Source of the DNA: Candidatus Saccharimonadota bacterium
GTDB lineage: Bacteria > Pseudomonadota > Gammaproteobacteria > Enterobacterales > Enterobacteriaceae
NCBI GenBank assembly: GCA_049942765.1
Contig: CP188086.1
Location: 570,001-602,000 of the forward strand
DNA: 32,000 nucleotides
Direction: 5' to 3'
In this document: in pieces, positions 10,052 to 21,165 of the stretch
How the letters are laid out: each line of letters begins with the position of its first letter
How positions within the stretch are numbered: the first letter of the stretch is position 1
Made by a program: the position numbers and the translations under genes
The notes under the pieces: generated by a model
Seen by the model: only the letters and a program-made list of their open reading frames with translations
Told to the model about the DNA's origin: nothing
Database searches by the model: none

Positions 10052-11191
10052 ATGAAACAATTAACTTTGTTACATAAATATATAAAACTTTAAATCAAAC
10101 TGTTTCCATCAATTCTAACAATAAAAATAATTATTTTAGCAATAAAAATAATTGATATAATAGTTAATTAACTAGATAAATTAAACTTTTCCAATCAATA
10201 TATAATATGTTCTAAATACGAAAAAATTTAATTTAATAACAAAGTTAAATTTAGGAATAGGAAATTGAATGTTAAATAGACAGTATGATACAATCAATAT
10301 TAATAATTCTTTATGGAATATAGATCTATTTTAACTAACTCTAAGTTAGAATAAATTTTATGGTTCAAGAACAGTAGATATAAAAAGTTTTATTATTTGA
10401 TACGTAAAATTTTAGATGATATTCAAAATCTTAAAATTAATACATTCTTATATATTGGTTACCTCAGACATAAAAAAACTACAACTGAATCAAAATATTT
10501 AAAAAATATGCAATTATTAAAAAAATTTCATAATTATTGGAAAAACTATATTTTTCATATCCATTATTGAACATCAAGATTATCTTAAAAAACCTATATC
10601 TATTAATAAAATTTCTGGATATTTCAGTAATACTAATTTAGGTATGAATATCATAGAAATAACAAATTATATATTAACTTCATTAATTAGTTTAAAAATC
10701 TTTATTTATAAGGATAATTTAACAACAAAAATTTTATATTTCTTATTCCACAACACCAAAACTTGAAAATATTCATGAAGGTAATTCTATCTATACAATT
10801 TATAAATTATGTACATTATAATTTATTATTCCTTAAATACCTAGAATATTTATTACTACCATTAAAAAACTAAAAAAACAATCTATATAACTCAATAACC
10901 AAAAATAATACGACCAATATTATCATTAATAATATATATCACCAGATTCCGAGTTATACGTTATTACTTAACATGTCTAACATAAAACATATCACAGAAT
11001 ACTTATTATAAAGAAAAGCAAAATATGTAAATTATTACTCCGAAAACTCTTGTTCACAAAAATAGCCCAGTAGTTATCATCGATTCAAGAGATCTATCAA
11101 TCAAACTCACCAAACTAGTAAATATTTACATATAAATTCAATTAAACCAACAAAAAAAATAATTAGTCAATTTATTCATTATTTTTATTAA
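10052..11191 (+). pseudogene. argE: argE (acetylornithine deacetylase, peptidase M20 family) pseudogene, near full length, about 20 in-frame stops by hand count
   Basis: Hand translation in a single frame from ATG 10052 gives several matches to E. coli ArgE. The start MKQLTLLHKYIKL*IKLFPSI matches [21 protein letters not shown]. The middle KILDDIQNLKINTFLYIG matches [21 protein letters not shown]. Next, IYHQIPSYTLLLN matches LHPPIPGYECPPN. Then EYLL*RKAKYVNYYSE matches EKLLGAKTEVVNYCTE. Positions 11093-11191 read SINQTHQTSKYLHINSIKPTKKIISQFIHYFY*, matching [34 protein letters not shown]. The span is 1140 nt; E. coli argE is 1152 nt. Confidence 0.88.
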
Positions 11192-11212
11192 TAAAAAATT
11201 AATTAGAGATGT

Positions 11213-11239
11213 ATCTGTATATGCATTAATAATACAGAT
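11213..11239. terminator. Small stem-loop (8-bp stem atctgtat/atacagat, 11-nt loop) between the convergent argE relic and metF
   Basis: The bases were paired by hand. The stem is weak and AT-rich with no clear U-tract. Confidence 0.25.
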
Positions 11240-11324
11240 CATTGATTATATATACTCTATTATTATTTATAATCATATGTTACTTTCATTTAAAAAAAAT
11301 TTATTTACATCCTGTATTTTTTAA

Positions 11325-12215
11325 TTATTTATTTATATTTACATTTAATAAAATATTAATAGCATAAGAAATATATGAACAATTCAATGTATAAAAATGA
11401 AAATTAGTCACCCCTTCTTTATATAAAGATTCTACCATATTCATTGCTATATTTGATCCTAATAAGATACTAGTAGTAGAATCTATATTATCAATACGAA
11501 AAACATCATAAATCCATTTTGGAATATTCACGTTAGTCATTTTTGAAAATTTACAAATTTGATTAAAATTAGAAATTGGTAAAATCCCTGGTATAATATC
11601 TATATGAATTTTATTTGAAATACATTCATCTCTAAATCGAAGAAAGGTATCTGTATTAAAAAAAAATTGTGTGATTGCTTGATTTGCACCAGCATCTATT
11701 TTTTTTTTTAAATTCAGTAAATCATCCTGTTTATTTTTAGATTCAGGATGCATTTCAGGATAAGCAGCAACTGAAATATTAAAATCACCTATTTCTTTTA
11801 ATAACTTTACTAAATCTACAGCATACATTATATGATTATATTGTTTATTACTTACACTATCACCTCGTAAAGCGACTATATCTTTAATACCTGAAGTCCA
11901 ATACCTTTTTGCAATTTTTTTTAATTCATATATCGTATGATTGATACATGTCAAATGTGGTGCAACAACAACTTTGGTTGATTCATACACTGTAGATACT
12001 AAATTAAAAATTTGATCACAAGTACTATTGTTAGCTCCATAAGTAATGGAGAAAAAACGAGGTTTTAATGTCGAAAGAACATTTACTGTATTCCAAAATT
12101 TATTTTCCATATCTAAATTTTTTGGAGGAAAAAACTCGAAAGAAACATTAATTTTTTTATTATAGAAAAAATTACTATATTGTAGTAAATCATTTTTTTC
12201 CTTGTTAATATACAT
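11325..12215 (-). CDS. metF: 5,10-methylenetetrahydrofolate reductase MetF
   Basis: The product is 296 aa, the same length as E. coli MetF. It is collinear with it: INVSFEFFPP, FxSxTYGAN, APHLTCI, IVALRGD, ISVAAYPExHPE, DAGANxAITQFFF, IIPGILP, FHFYTLN. Confidence 0.96.
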   Translation of the reverse strand: MYINKEKNDLLQYSNFFYNKKINVSFEFFPPKNLDMENKFWNTVNVLSTLKPRFFSITYGANNSTCDQIFNLVSTVYESTKVVVAPHLTCINHTIYELKKIAKRYWTSGIKDIVALRGDSVSNKQYNHIMYAVDLVKLLKEIGDFNISVAAYPEMHPESKNKQDDLLNLKKKIDAGANQAITQFFFNTDTFLRFRDECISNKIHIDIIPGILPISNFNQICKFSKMTNVNIPKWIYDVFRIDNIDSTTSILLGSNIAMNMVESLYKEGVTNFHFYTLNCSYISYAINILLNVNINK

Positions 12216-12783
12216 CTGATTATATCCTATTGTTATTAATTATACTATGTAACAAATGTAATTAAATATATTAAGGAATTAAAACTATTATATATCAATT
12301 AATAATTATACATTAATTAATGTATTAATCTCGATTCTTAATATGTAAGAATTATATTCTATTATAATTACTATATTTCTAATATCTTATCATCTTATAT
12401 AATAACTGTAATATCTGTATCTTATAGTAATTTAAACATTTACATTAAATTGTTATTAACAAATATCTATTTAAAATTTTAATAATTGTTATTAACATTC
12501 AAAAAAAATTTAATATATTTAAATATAAGCATATTATACTCTAAACAAAATGCTATATAAAAATTTCTGTTTATACTTAAAATCTTTATCTCTATAGTTG
12601 AAAACTAATTAAAAATTAATTTAATATTAAAAATATAATTTAATAACATAAAAATTAAAATTTTATTAACAAATATATATATTTTAAATACAAATATGTT
12701 ATTATATAATAAATATTACTTTAGTAGTGTATTTTATATAAAATATTTGATAGCATACGTAATATATTTATAAATAAGTTACA

Positions 12784-12856
<73 letters not shown>

Positions 12857-12870
12857 TAATGATTTAAAAA

Positions 12871-12952
12871 GGTGGGATTCCCGAGCGGCTAAAGGGAGCA
12901 GACTGTAAATCTGCCGTCAATGACTTCGAAGGTTCGAATCCTTCTCCCACCA
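12871..12952 (+). tRNA. tyrU: tRNA-Tyr (anticodon GUA), long variable arm, no encoded CCA
   Basis: The sequence ggtgggattcccgagcggctaaagggagcagactGTAaatctgccgtcaatgacttcgaaggttcgaatccttctcccacca is nearly identical to E. coli tyrU. The acceptor stem is ggtggga/tcccacc plus discriminator a. Confidence 0.93.
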
Positions 12953-12976
12953 TAAAAATATTAAACAAACTATTTT

Positions 12977-13051
<75 letters not shown>

Positions 13052-13058
13052 TATTTTT

Positions 13059-13133
13059 GCTGGTATGGCTCAGTGGTAGAGCACACCCTTGGTAAGGGTG
13101 AGGTCCCCAGTTCAAATCTGGGTATCAGCACCA
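13059..13133 (+). tRNA. thrT: tRNA-Thr (anticodon GGU), CCA encoded
   Basis: The sequence gctggtatggctcagtggtagagcacacccttGGTaagggtgaggtccccagttcaaatctgggtatcagcacca resembles E. coli thrT. The acceptor stem has one G-U pair. The cca lies at 13131-13133. Confidence 0.92.
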
Positions 13134-13542
13134 TCTAAATTATATAAACAATGATAGATACAAATAATAACACTAACTATTTAGTATAAAATATATATCC
13201 TATTAATATATGTTAATAACATAATCGATAATAGAAAAAAACTATAACTTAATAAATCCTTAATATTTATTATATATAACTTATATCCATAAATAAATTT
13301 ATGTTTATATTGTTACACTAATTAAAACAATCAAAGATATTTGATCTCAAAATGTTTAGTTACATTAAAACAACACTAAGAAATTAATTTTATACATATA
13401 TAATATATACTACATTTATAATTGCTAGAAATAAAAAATCTTAATAATCACTTAAAACTAACATTATAAAACTCTATCTATACTCAACAAAATACCTATA
13501 GATATAAGTAAAAAACTACATTTATGGTTTATAAAATTAATT

Positions 13543-13926
13543 ATGAATGATAATACTCGAAACAAAAACGATAATACTAAATCAGAATTTATCAAATGGA
13601 GTTCACTTATTATTTTACTGATAGCTACAATTGTTATTAATACTTATTATTTATATTTTAATATATTAATCTATATATTATGTATTACTTGTATCAGTAT
13701 AATTATACTAAATATTTTTTTTTCAACAAAAAAGGGGGCTATTTTATATTCTTCAATAAAAAAAACTAAAGAAGAAATACAAAAAATTATTTGGCCTTCA
13801 TATAAAGATACACTATACACGACGTTAATTGTATCAATAGTTACTACTGTAATGTCATTAATATTATGGCTACTAGATAAAACTTTACTTTATTTAGTAA
13901 CCTTAATAACCAGCATGAGGTTGTAG
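13543..13926 (+). CDS. secE: Preprotein translocase subunit SecE
   Basis: The product is 127 aa, the same length as E. coli SecE, and very hydrophobic with three predicted TM segments. It has the conserved C-terminal region ([21 protein letters not shown]). It lies immediately upstream of nusG, as in the secE-nusG operon. Confidence 0.9.
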   Translation: MNDNTRNKNDNTKSEFIKWSSLIILLIATIVINTYYLYFNILIYILCITCISIIILNIFFSTKKGAILYSSIKKTKEEIQKIIWPSYKDTLYTTLIVSIVTTVMSLILWLLDKTLLYLVTLITSMRL

Positions 13927-13931
13927 AAATA

Positions 13932-14474
13932 TTGAATATATTAGTTAAAAGATGGTATGTGTTACAAACCTTTTCAGGTTTTGAAAGTAAAGTATTAAAA
14001 GCAGTAAAGGAACGAATTAAAATTAATCATATGGAAGAATACTTTGGAAATATCATGATTCCTTCTGAACAAGTTATAGAAATCAGATGTGGTCAAAGAA
14101 AAAAAAGTGAACATAGATTTTTTCCTGGATATGTATTGGTTCAAATGAATATGAATAATGCAAGTTGGCATTTAATTAAAAATGTACCTAGAGTAATGGG
14201 TTTCATAGGAGGTACTTCTGACCGACCAGCTCCTATCAGTGACAAAGAAGTTAACATAATTATAAATCGATTAAAAAAAGCTAAGAATAAACCTAGACCT
14301 AAAACACTATTCGAACCAGGAGAAACTATACGAGTAAATGACGGACCATTTGTAGACTTTAATGGAGTAGTAGAAGAAGTTGATTACGATAAAAATCGAC
14401 TAAAAGTATCTGTGTCTATATTTGGTAGATCAACACCTGTAGAATTAGATTTTTCACAAGTGGAAAAAAATTAA
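13932..14474 (+). CDS. nusG: Transcription termination/antitermination factor NusG, apparent TTG start
   Basis: [13 protein letters not shown] ... [44 protein letters not shown] ... [54 protein letters not shown] is collinear with E. coli NusG. No in-frame ATG exists before the conserved RWY. TTG at 13932 sits 11 nt after a gagg at 13917-13920. Confidence 0.93.
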   Translation: MNILVKRWYVLQTFSGFESKVLKAVKERIKINHMEEYFGNIMIPSEQVIEIRCGQRKKSEHRFFPGYVLVQMNMNNASWHLIKNVPRVMGFIGGTSDRPAPISDKEVNIIINRLKKAKNKPRPKTLFEPGETIRVNDGPFVDFNGVVEEVDYDKNRLKVSVSIFGRSTPVELDFSQVEKN

Positions 14475-14522
14475 TTATTATATATAATCAAAAACATTAT
14501 TAAATTTAAGGAAGAAATTTAT

Positions 14523-14954
14523 ATGGCTAAAAAAAAAATACAAGCTTATATTAAATTGCAAGTACCTGCAGGTATGGCTACTCCTAGTCCTCCAATTGGA
14601 CCAGCATTAGGTCAAAAAGGATTGAATATCATGGAGTTTTGTAAACTATTCAACGCTAAAACAGCTACATTAGAAAAAGGATTACCTATTCCAGTAATTG
14701 TGACAGTTTATTCTGATCGAACTTTTACTTTTATTACCAAAACATCTCCAGCTTCAACTTTATTAAAAAAAGCAGCAGGTATTGAATCTGGCTCTAAAAA
14801 TCCTGGAAAAGAAATTGTAGGATCCATTACAACACAACAAATAAAAGATATTGCTATAATAAAATTAGCTGACATGAACGGAACTAATATCGATAATATA
14901 TGTAAATCTATTATTGGTACTGCTCAATCAATGGGATTAACAATACGAGAATAA
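14523..14954 (+). CDS. rplK: 50S ribosomal protein L11
   Basis: [47 protein letters not shown] matches E. coli L11. The Shine-Dalgarno sequence aaggaag lies upstream. Confidence 0.97.
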   Translation: MAKKKIQAYIKLQVPAGMATPSPPIGPALGQKGLNIMEFCKLFNAKTATLEKGLPIPVIVTVYSDRTFTFITKTSPASTLLKKAAGIESGSKNPGKEIVGSITTQQIKDIAIIKLADMNGTNIDNICKSIIGTAQSMGLTIRE

Positions 14955-14957
14955 GTA

Positions 14958-15641
14958 ATGAAAAAAATTACTAAACGAATGCAACTTATTCATAAAAAAA
15001 TCAATAAAACACAATTATATTCTATTGATCATGCTCTTCAATTACTTATAAAAACATCTTCCGTTAAATTTATAGAAAGTGTAGATCTAGCTATTAATTT
15101 AGGTATTGATCCTAAAAAATCTGAACAAAATATCAAAAGTACAGTAGTTTTACCTCATGGTATAGGTCGAATGATTAAAATAGCTGTATTTACACAAGGA
15201 AAAAATGCAGAAATAGCCAAAAAATTAGGTGCTACAGTAGTAGGAATGGATGATCTAGTCGAAAACATCAAAAAAAATGGAATTGATTTTAACTTAGCAA
15301 TTGCATCTCTTGACGCTATAGATACTGTTAGTAAATTAGGATCTATATTAGGACCAAGAGGGTTAATGCCTAATAGCAAATTAGGAACATTAACTAATGA
15401 CATTGAAACAGCTATTAAAAACGCTCAATATGGACAAATATTTCTTAAAAATGATAAAAATGGAGTATTACATACCACCATCGGAAAAATAAATTTTACT
15501 TTATCACATTTAATAGATAATTTTCATGCATGTTTAGAAAAAATTAAAAAATTAAAACCTAGTCAATCTAAAGGAATTTTTATAAAAAAAATAACATTAT
15601 CTACTACTATGGGTTCTTCAATATCGTTGACTGTCAATTAA
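14958..15641 (+). CDS. rplA: 50S ribosomal protein L1
   Basis: [10 protein letters not shown]..., [48 protein letters not shown] and [13 protein letters not shown] are collinear with E. coli L1. Confidence 0.96.
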   Translation: MKKITKRMQLIHKKINKTQLYSIDHALQLLIKTSSVKFIESVDLAINLGIDPKKSEQNIKSTVVLPHGIGRMIKIAVFTQGKNAEIAKKLGATVVGMDDLVENIKKNGIDFNLAIASLDAIDTVSKLGSILGPRGLMPNSKLGTLTNDIETAIKNAQYGQIFLKNDKNGVLHTTIGKINFTLSHLIDNFHACLEKIKKLKPSQSKGIFIKKITLSTTMGSSISLTVN

Positions 15642-15893
15642 AGTAATAAAATAAAAATCAATACTATAATTACGTGTCAACTCATATATAAATCATCAAC
15701 AATATGAATACAATATAATACTCTTAAATATATAAAAAAATTTAATAAAACATGCTATCCATAAATATTAATATACATAATTAACTATTAACATAATAGT
15801 TAAAAACTATTTTTATATATATTGCACTACACATCTAATGTTAATTAAATTAAATAAATTATTTTTATTAAAAATTTAATCTTCACAGCTTCT

Positions 15894-15902
15894 TGATATA
15901 AT
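15894..15902 (+). promoter_or_regulatory. Extended -10-like element TGaTATAAT, 36 nt upstream of the rplJ start (tentative)
   Basis: The sequence is an exact TGnTATAAT. TATAAT-like strings are common by chance in DNA this AT-rich, and no good -35 element is present. Confidence 0.25.
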
Positions 15903-15937
15903 CATGTATTAAATTAATGCTAAATCTAGGAGAAAAT

Positions 15938-16426
15938 ATGGCATTAAACTTACAAGAAAAAAAAACAATTGTTGATAAAATCCATAAATTAAATAATATA
16001 TCTTTATCTGCTATTATTGCTGATGCTAGAGGTATAAAATCAAATCACATTACAGAACTAAGAAAAAATTCAAAAAAAATAGGAGTTGAAATTAAACTTG
16101 TACCTAATAATTTATTACGTTTATCCATTCAAAACACTCATTTTGAATGTTTAAAACAATCTTTATCAGGACCGTTATTGATTGGTTATTCTTTAAAACA
16201 TCCAGGTAGTGCTGCTAGATTATTTCAAAATTTTTCTAAAGAACATCAACAATTTAAAATTACTAGCGCTGTATTTGAAAAAAAATTATTATTAGATATA
16301 CAAATTAATCAACTAGCAGAAATGCCAACTTATAAAGAAGCTATTACTCGTTTACTTTTTATTATAAAAGATGTATCAATCGGTAAAATAATACGAGTAT
16401 TATTAGCTTCATCTCAAAAAAAATAA
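15938..16426 (+). CDS. rplJ: 50S ribosomal protein L10
   Basis: MALNLQEKKTIV matches the E. coli L10 N-terminus MALNLQDKQAIV. The Shine-Dalgarno sequence aggag lies 7 nt upstream. The ORF-track start at 15917 adds 7 unsupported residues. Confidence 0.93.
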   Translation: MALNLQEKKTIVDKIHKLNNISLSAIIADARGIKSNHITELRKNSKKIGVEIKLVPNNLLRLSIQNTHFECLKQSLSGPLLIGYSLKHPGSAARLFQNFSKEHQQFKITSAVFEKKLLLDIQINQLAEMPTYKEAITRLLFIIKDVSIGKIIRVLLASSQKK

Positions 16427-16485
16427 AAGTTAAAACAACAAATTTTTAAATTTATATATCTTTTCTTTTTTTAGGAAAACATGTG

Positions 16486-16851
16486 ATGTCACTTACAAAA
16501 GAACAAATTATTGAAGCTATCTCTGATATGTCTGTAATGAACGTAGTAGAATTAGTTAAAGAAATGGAAAAAAAATTTGGAGTTTCTGCTGATCTAGTTA
16601 TTAACTCATCACCTAATCAAAATAATGATCAAGAAGAAAAGACAGAATTTAATGTATTTTTAAAAAATATCGGAAAAAATAAAGTATCTGTTATTAAAGC
16701 TGTAAGAAGTACTACTAGTTTGGGGCTAAAAGAAGCAAAAGATTTAGTGGAATCAGCCCCTATTATGATTAAAGAAAATGTTAACAAAGATGATGCAAAT
16801 AATTTAAAACAAATTTTAGAAACTGCAGGTGCAGAAGTGGAAATACAGTAA
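16486..16851 (+). CDS. rplL: 50S ribosomal protein L7/L12
   Basis: [24 protein letters not shown]...KTEFNVFLK...[24 protein letters not shown] is collinear with E. coli L7/L12 at 121 aa. The GTG at 16483 in the ORF track lies one codon upstream of the conserved ATG. Confidence 0.95.
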   Translation: MSLTKEQIIEAISDMSVMNVVELVKEMEKKFGVSADLVINSSPNQNNDQEEKTEFNVFLKNIGKNKVSVIKAVRSTTSLGLKEAKDLVESAPIMIKENVNKDDANNLKQILETAGAEVEIQ

Positions 16852-16895
16852 AATAAACATTTAAGTTTTTTAATTTTCTTTAATGTATTGTTATA

Positions 16896-16918
16896 GCTGG
16901 TAATAATTTATTACCAGC
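16896..16918 (+). terminator. rplL-rpoB intergenic attenuator-like hairpin (9-bp stem gctggtaat/attaccagc, 5-nt loop)
   Basis: The bases were paired by hand. It lies 45 nt after the rplL stop. A partial terminator is established at this position in the E. coli rplJL-rpoBC operon. The U-tract is weak. Confidence 0.5.
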
Positions 16919-17114
16919 CTATTGATATATATCATATTTAAAATATTTAAATTATAAAAATTATTTATATAAAGAAATTACATGTATTACATATGACATT
17001 TTTAATGCATTTCTATGTAATATTGAATATTTAATAAAACAATATATAAGATATTTTAATTTTCTGTTGTTAATTTTTTTTTTGTTTACTTACTAGTCTA
17101 ACTGAGGAACCCCT

Positions 17115-20100
17115 ATGGTTTACTCTTATACTGAAAAAAAACGGATTCGAAAAGATTTTGGAAAACGTCCCCAAGTATTGAATATACCATATTTATTATC
17201 TATTCAAATTAATTCGTTTCGAAAATTTATTTTAAGAACAAACAACGCCAAATCAGGATTAGAATCTGCATTTCATTCTATTTTTCCAATTAAAAGTTAT
17301 AGTGGTAATGCAGAATTACAATATGTTAGTTACCGTTTAGGTAAAATTATTTTTAATGTCAAAGAATGTCAAATCAGAGGTACAACATATTCAGCACCAT
17401 TAAAAGTTAAATTACGTCTAATTATTTATGAAAAAGAAGTATTGGAAGCAACTATTAAAGATATTAAAGAACAAGAAGTATATATGGGTGATATTCCATT
17501 AATGACTGATAATGGTACATTTATTATTAATGGTACAGAAAGAGTAGTAGTATCTCAATTACATAGAAGTCCAGGTGTTTTTTTTGATAGTGATAAAGGT
17601 AAAACTCATTCTTCTGGAAAAGTACTATATAATGCTAGAATCATTCCTTATCGAGGTTCATGGTTGGATTTTGAATTCGATCCTAAAGATCATTTATTTG
17701 TAAGAATTGATCGACGTCGAAAATTACCAGTCAGTATATTACTAAAAGCTTTAAATTATCAAATAGAAGAAATATTAAATATTTTTTTTGAAAAAGTAAC
17801 ATATAGGATTAATAATACTACCATAACAATGGATTTAAATCCAGATAGATTAAGAGGAGATACAGCGTCTTTTAATATTATTCACAATGAAAAATTATAT
17901 ATTGAAAAGGGACGTCGAATTACAGCACAACATATTAGAGAATTAAAAAAAGATAACGTTAATAGAATTATTATACCTATAGAATATTTAGCAGGTAGAA
18001 TTGTTCAAGAAAATTATTTCAATTCAAAAACAAAAGAAACTATTATTGCAGCTAATAATCCATTATCTATTGAAATAATTAAAAAAATTATAGATTCAGG
18101 ATATACAATTATAAATACTATTTTTACTAACGATTTAGATCATGGTCCTTACATGTCAGATACTTTAAAAATTGACACAACTAAAGATAAATTAAGCGCA
18201 TTAGTGGAAATTTATCGAATGATGAGACCAGGAGAACCTCCAACTAAAGAAGCAGCTGAACATCTATTTCAAAACTTGTTTTTTTCAGAAGAGAAATATG
18301 ATTTATCTTCAGTTGGAAGAATGAAATTTAATAGATCTTTATCAAGAAATTCTACTGATGGATGTGGTGTATTAAGCCATGAGGATATTATTGATGTTAT
18401 TAAAAAATTAATTAATATTAGAAATGGAAAAGGCGAAATAGATGATATAGACCATCTAGGAAATAGAAGAATACGATCAGTAGGGGAAATGGCTGAAAAC
18501 CAATTTAGATTAGGACTAATTAGAGTAGAAAGATCGGTTAAAGAACGTCTATCGTTAGGAGATATAGATACATTAATGCCACAAGATATGATTAATGCTA
18601 AACCTATTTCTGCTGCTATCAAAGAATTCTTTGGATCTAGCCAACTATCTCAATTTATGGATCAAAATAATCCATTATCAGAAATCACTCATAAGAGAAG
18701 AATTTCAGCTTTAGGTGTAGGAGGACTTACTAGAGAAAGAGCTGGTTTTGAAGTTAGAGATGTACATCCAACTCATTATGGTAGAGTATGTCCCATAGAA
18801 ACTCCTGAAGGTCCAAATATAGGACTAATTAACTCTCTTGCTGTATATGCAAGAACTAATGAATATGGATTTTTAGAAACACCTTATCGTAAAGTATTAT
18901 TTGGTTTAGTAACCAATGAAATTAAATATCTATCAGCAATAGAAGAAGGTAATTTTATTATTGCCCAAGCTAATACCAGATTAACAAAACAGGGAAAATT
19001 TTTAGATGATTTAGTTACATGTAGATATAAAGGTGAATCAAGTCTATTTAATAATAAAGATGTCCATTATATGGATGTTTCTACACAACAAATTGTTTCT
19101 GTTGGAGCCTCTTTAATCCCATTTTTAGAACATGATGATGCTAATAGAGCATTAATGGGAGCTAATATGCAACGACAAGCTGTACCTACATTAATTTCAG
19201 AAAAACCATTAGTTGGTACAGGTATGGAACGTTCAGTAGCTGTAGATTCCGGTGTAACTGTTACAGCTACTAGAAGTGGAATAATTAAATATGTTGATTC
19301 ATCAAGAATTGTAATTAAAGTTGATAAAAATGAAGTTCGAGAGGGAGATACAGGTATAGACATTTATAATCTTACAAAATATACCAGATCCAATCAAAAT
19401 ACATGTATTAATCAAAAACCTTGTGTTAATCCCGGAGATTATATTAATATTAAGGATGTTTTAGCGGACGGACCAGCAACTGATTTAGGTGAATTATCTT
19501 TAGGACAAAACATGAGAGTCGCATTTATGCCATGGAATGGATATAATTTTGAAGATTCAATATTGATTTCAGAAAAAATTGTTCAAGACGATCGATTTAC
19601 TACAATCCATATTCAGGAACTATCTTGTATAGCTAGAGATACTAAATTAGGAGTTGAAGAAATTACTGCTGATATACCTAACATTGGTGAAACTGCATTG
19701 TCAAAATTAGATAATTCTGGAATCGTATATATTGGTGCAGAAGTCATGGGTGGTGATATTTTAGTAGGAAAAGTTACTCCAAAAGGAGAAACACAATTAA
19801 CTCCAGAAGAAAAATTATTGAGAGCTATTTTTGGAGAAAAAGCATCTGATGTAAAAGATTCATCATTAAGAGTTCCTAACGGAGTATCTGGAACAGTAAT
19901 TGATATACAAATATTTATTAGAGATGGTGTAAAAAAAGATCAAAGAACTCTCGAAATCGAAGATATACAGTTAAAACAAGTTCAAAAAGAACTAACTGAA
20001 GAATTCAAAATATTTGAATCAGAAATTTTTTCTCATATTAAAAACATTATATTACAATCAGGGGTAAAAGAAGATAACTTTATCCATTTATCTAAAGAAA

Positions 20101-21143
20101 AATGGATAAATATGAATATAAAAAATAAACATTACCAAAATTCATTATCTTTATTATCTGAACAATATAAAAATTTAAAAATAAAATTCAAAAAAAAACT
20201 AGAGGAAAAAAAAAGAAAGATTATTCAAGGTGATGATTTAGCTCCAGGAATATTAAAAATTGTAAAAGTTTATTTAGCTGTTAAAAGACCGATTCAAACT
20301 GGTGATAAAATGGCTGGAAGACATGGTAATAAAGGTGTAATTTCTAAAATTAACCCTGTTGAAGATATGCCATATGATAGTAATGGAGAACCTATAGATA
20401 TTGTATTAAATCCATTAGGTGTTCCATCAAGAATGAACATCGGGCAAATATTAGAGACTCATTTAGGTATGGCTGCTAAAGGTATTGGTGATAAAATCAC
20501 TCATATATTAAAACAACAAAATAACATAAAAAAATTACGAAATTTTATACAAAAAGCATATGATATTGGTAATGATCTTCGTCAAAAAGTTGATTTATCT
20601 AATTTTTCTGATTTAGAAATACTAGAATTAGCAAATAACTTACGTCATGGAATGCCTATTTCTACACCAGTGTTTGATGGTGCTAAAGAAGAAGAAATAA
20701 AACAATTATTAAATTTGGCAGATTTACCTAATTCTGGACAAATTTTTTTATTTGATGGTCGTACTGGTGAACGATTTGAACGTCCTGTAACAGTAGGTTA
20801 TATGTATATGCTAAAATTAAATCATTTAGTTGATGATAAAATGCACGCAAGATCTACAGGTTCATATAGTTTAATTACACAGCAACCATTAGGAGGAAAA
20901 GCTCAGTTTGGAGGACAAAGATTTGGAGAAATGGAAGTATGGGCATTAGAAGCTTATGGTGCTTCATATACTTTACAAGAAATGTTAACAGTTAAATCAG
21001 ATGATGTAAATGGTCGTACTAAAATGTATAAAAATATTGTAGATGGCAATCATCAAATGGAACCAGGAATGCCAGAATCATTTAACGTCTTATTAAAAGA
21101 AATAAGATCTTTAGCTATTAATATTGAATTAGAAGACGAATAA
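17115..21143 (+). CDS. rpoB: RNA polymerase beta subunit RpoB
   Basis: The product is 1342 aa, the same length as E. coli RpoB, and starts [22 protein letters not shown]. The rifampicin cluster I sequence [27 protein letters not shown] is identical to E. coli. The Shine-Dalgarno context ctgaggaacccctATG resembles E. coli. Confidence 0.99.
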   Translation: MVYSYTEKKRIRKDFGKRPQVLNIPYLLSIQINSFRKFILRTNNAKSGLESAFHSIFPIKSYSGNAELQYVSYRLGKIIFNVKECQIRGTTYSAPLKVKLRLIIYEKEVLEATIKDIKEQEVYMGDIPLMTDNGTFIINGTERVVVSQLHRSPGVFFDSDKGKTHSSGKVLYNARIIPYRGSWLDFEFDPKDHLFVRIDRRRKLPVSILLKALNYQIEEILNIFFEKVTYRINNTTITMDLNPDRLRGDTASFNIIHNEKLYIEKGRRITAQHIRELKKDNVNRIIIPIEYLAGRIVQENYFNSKTKETIIAANNPLSIEIIKKIIDSGYTIINTIFTNDLDHGPYMSDTLKIDTTKDKLSALVEIYRMMRPGEPPTKEAAEHLFQNLFFSEEKYDLSSVGRMKFNRSLSRNSTDGCGVLSHEDIIDVIKKLINIRNGKGEIDDIDHLGNRRIRSVGEMAENQFRLGLIRVERSVKERLSLGDIDTLMPQDMINAKPISAAIKEFFGSSQLSQFMDQNNPLSEITHKRRISALGVGGLTRERAGFEVRDVHPTHYGRVCPIETPEGPNIGLINSLAVYARTNEYGFLETPYRKVLFGLVTNEIKYLSAIEEGNFIIAQANTRLTKQGKFLDDLVTCRYKGESSLFNNKDVHYMDVSTQQIVSVGASLIPFLEHDDANRALMGANMQRQAVPTLISEKPLVGTGMERSVAVDSGVTVTATRSGIIKYVDSSRIVIKVDKNEVREGDTGIDIYNLTKYTRSNQNTCINQKPCVNPGDYINIKDVLADGPATDLGELSLGQNMRVAFMPWNGYNFEDSILISEKIVQDDRFTTIHIQELSCIARDTKLGVEEITADIPNIGETALSKLDNSGIVYIGAEVMGGDILVGKVTPKGETQLTPEEKLLRAIFGEKASDVKDSSLRVPNGVSGTVIDIQIFIRDGVKKDQRTLEIEDIQLKQVQKELTEEFKIFESEIFSHIKNIILQSGVKEDNFIHLSKEKWINMNIKNKHYQNSLSLLSEQYKNLKIKFKKKLEEKKRKIIQGDDLAPGILKIVKVYLAVKRPIQTGDKMAGRHGNKGVISKINPVEDMPYDSNGEPIDIVLNPLGVPSRMNIGQILETHLGMAAKGIGDKITHILKQQNNIKKLRNFIQKAYDIGNDLRQKVDLSNFSDLEILELANNLRHGMPISTPVFDGAKEEEIKQLLNLADLPNSGQIFLFDGRTGERFERPVTVGYMYMLKLNHLVDDKMHARSTGSYSLITQQPLGGKAQFGGQRFGEMEVWALEAYGASYTLQEMLTVKSDDVNGRTKMYKNIVDGNHQMEPGMPESFNVLLKEIRSLAINIELEDE

Positions 21144-21165
21144 TTCACTCTATTGATATATAAGC

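Noticed and set aside
12453-12676. 14-bp direct repeat ttattaacaaatat at 12453-12466 and 12663-12676, plus ttgttattaaca repeated at 12450 and 12487
   Set aside because: My rough estimate is a per-base match probability of about 0.41 in this composition, across about 1.8e5 position pairs in the spacer. That predicts on the order of one such 14-mer match by chance.
15155-15403. 82-aa ORF antisense to rplA
   Set aside because: It is a shadow ORF within the conserved L1 coding sequence.
15917-15937. Upstream alternative starts listed by the ORF track: rplJ ATG 15917, rplL GTG 16483, argH ATG 6767, argG GTG 8055
   Set aside because: The downstream ATGs reproduce the conserved E. coli N-termini ([21 protein letters not shown]), and the upstream codons overlap the likely Shine-Dalgarno sequences. 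For argG the choice remains uncertain by 12 nt.
18269-19363. Two antisense ORFs (117 aa and 98 aa) inside rpoB
   Set aside because: Both lie within a gene that is collinear with E. coli RpoB over 1342 aa. Neither has motifs or translation signals.
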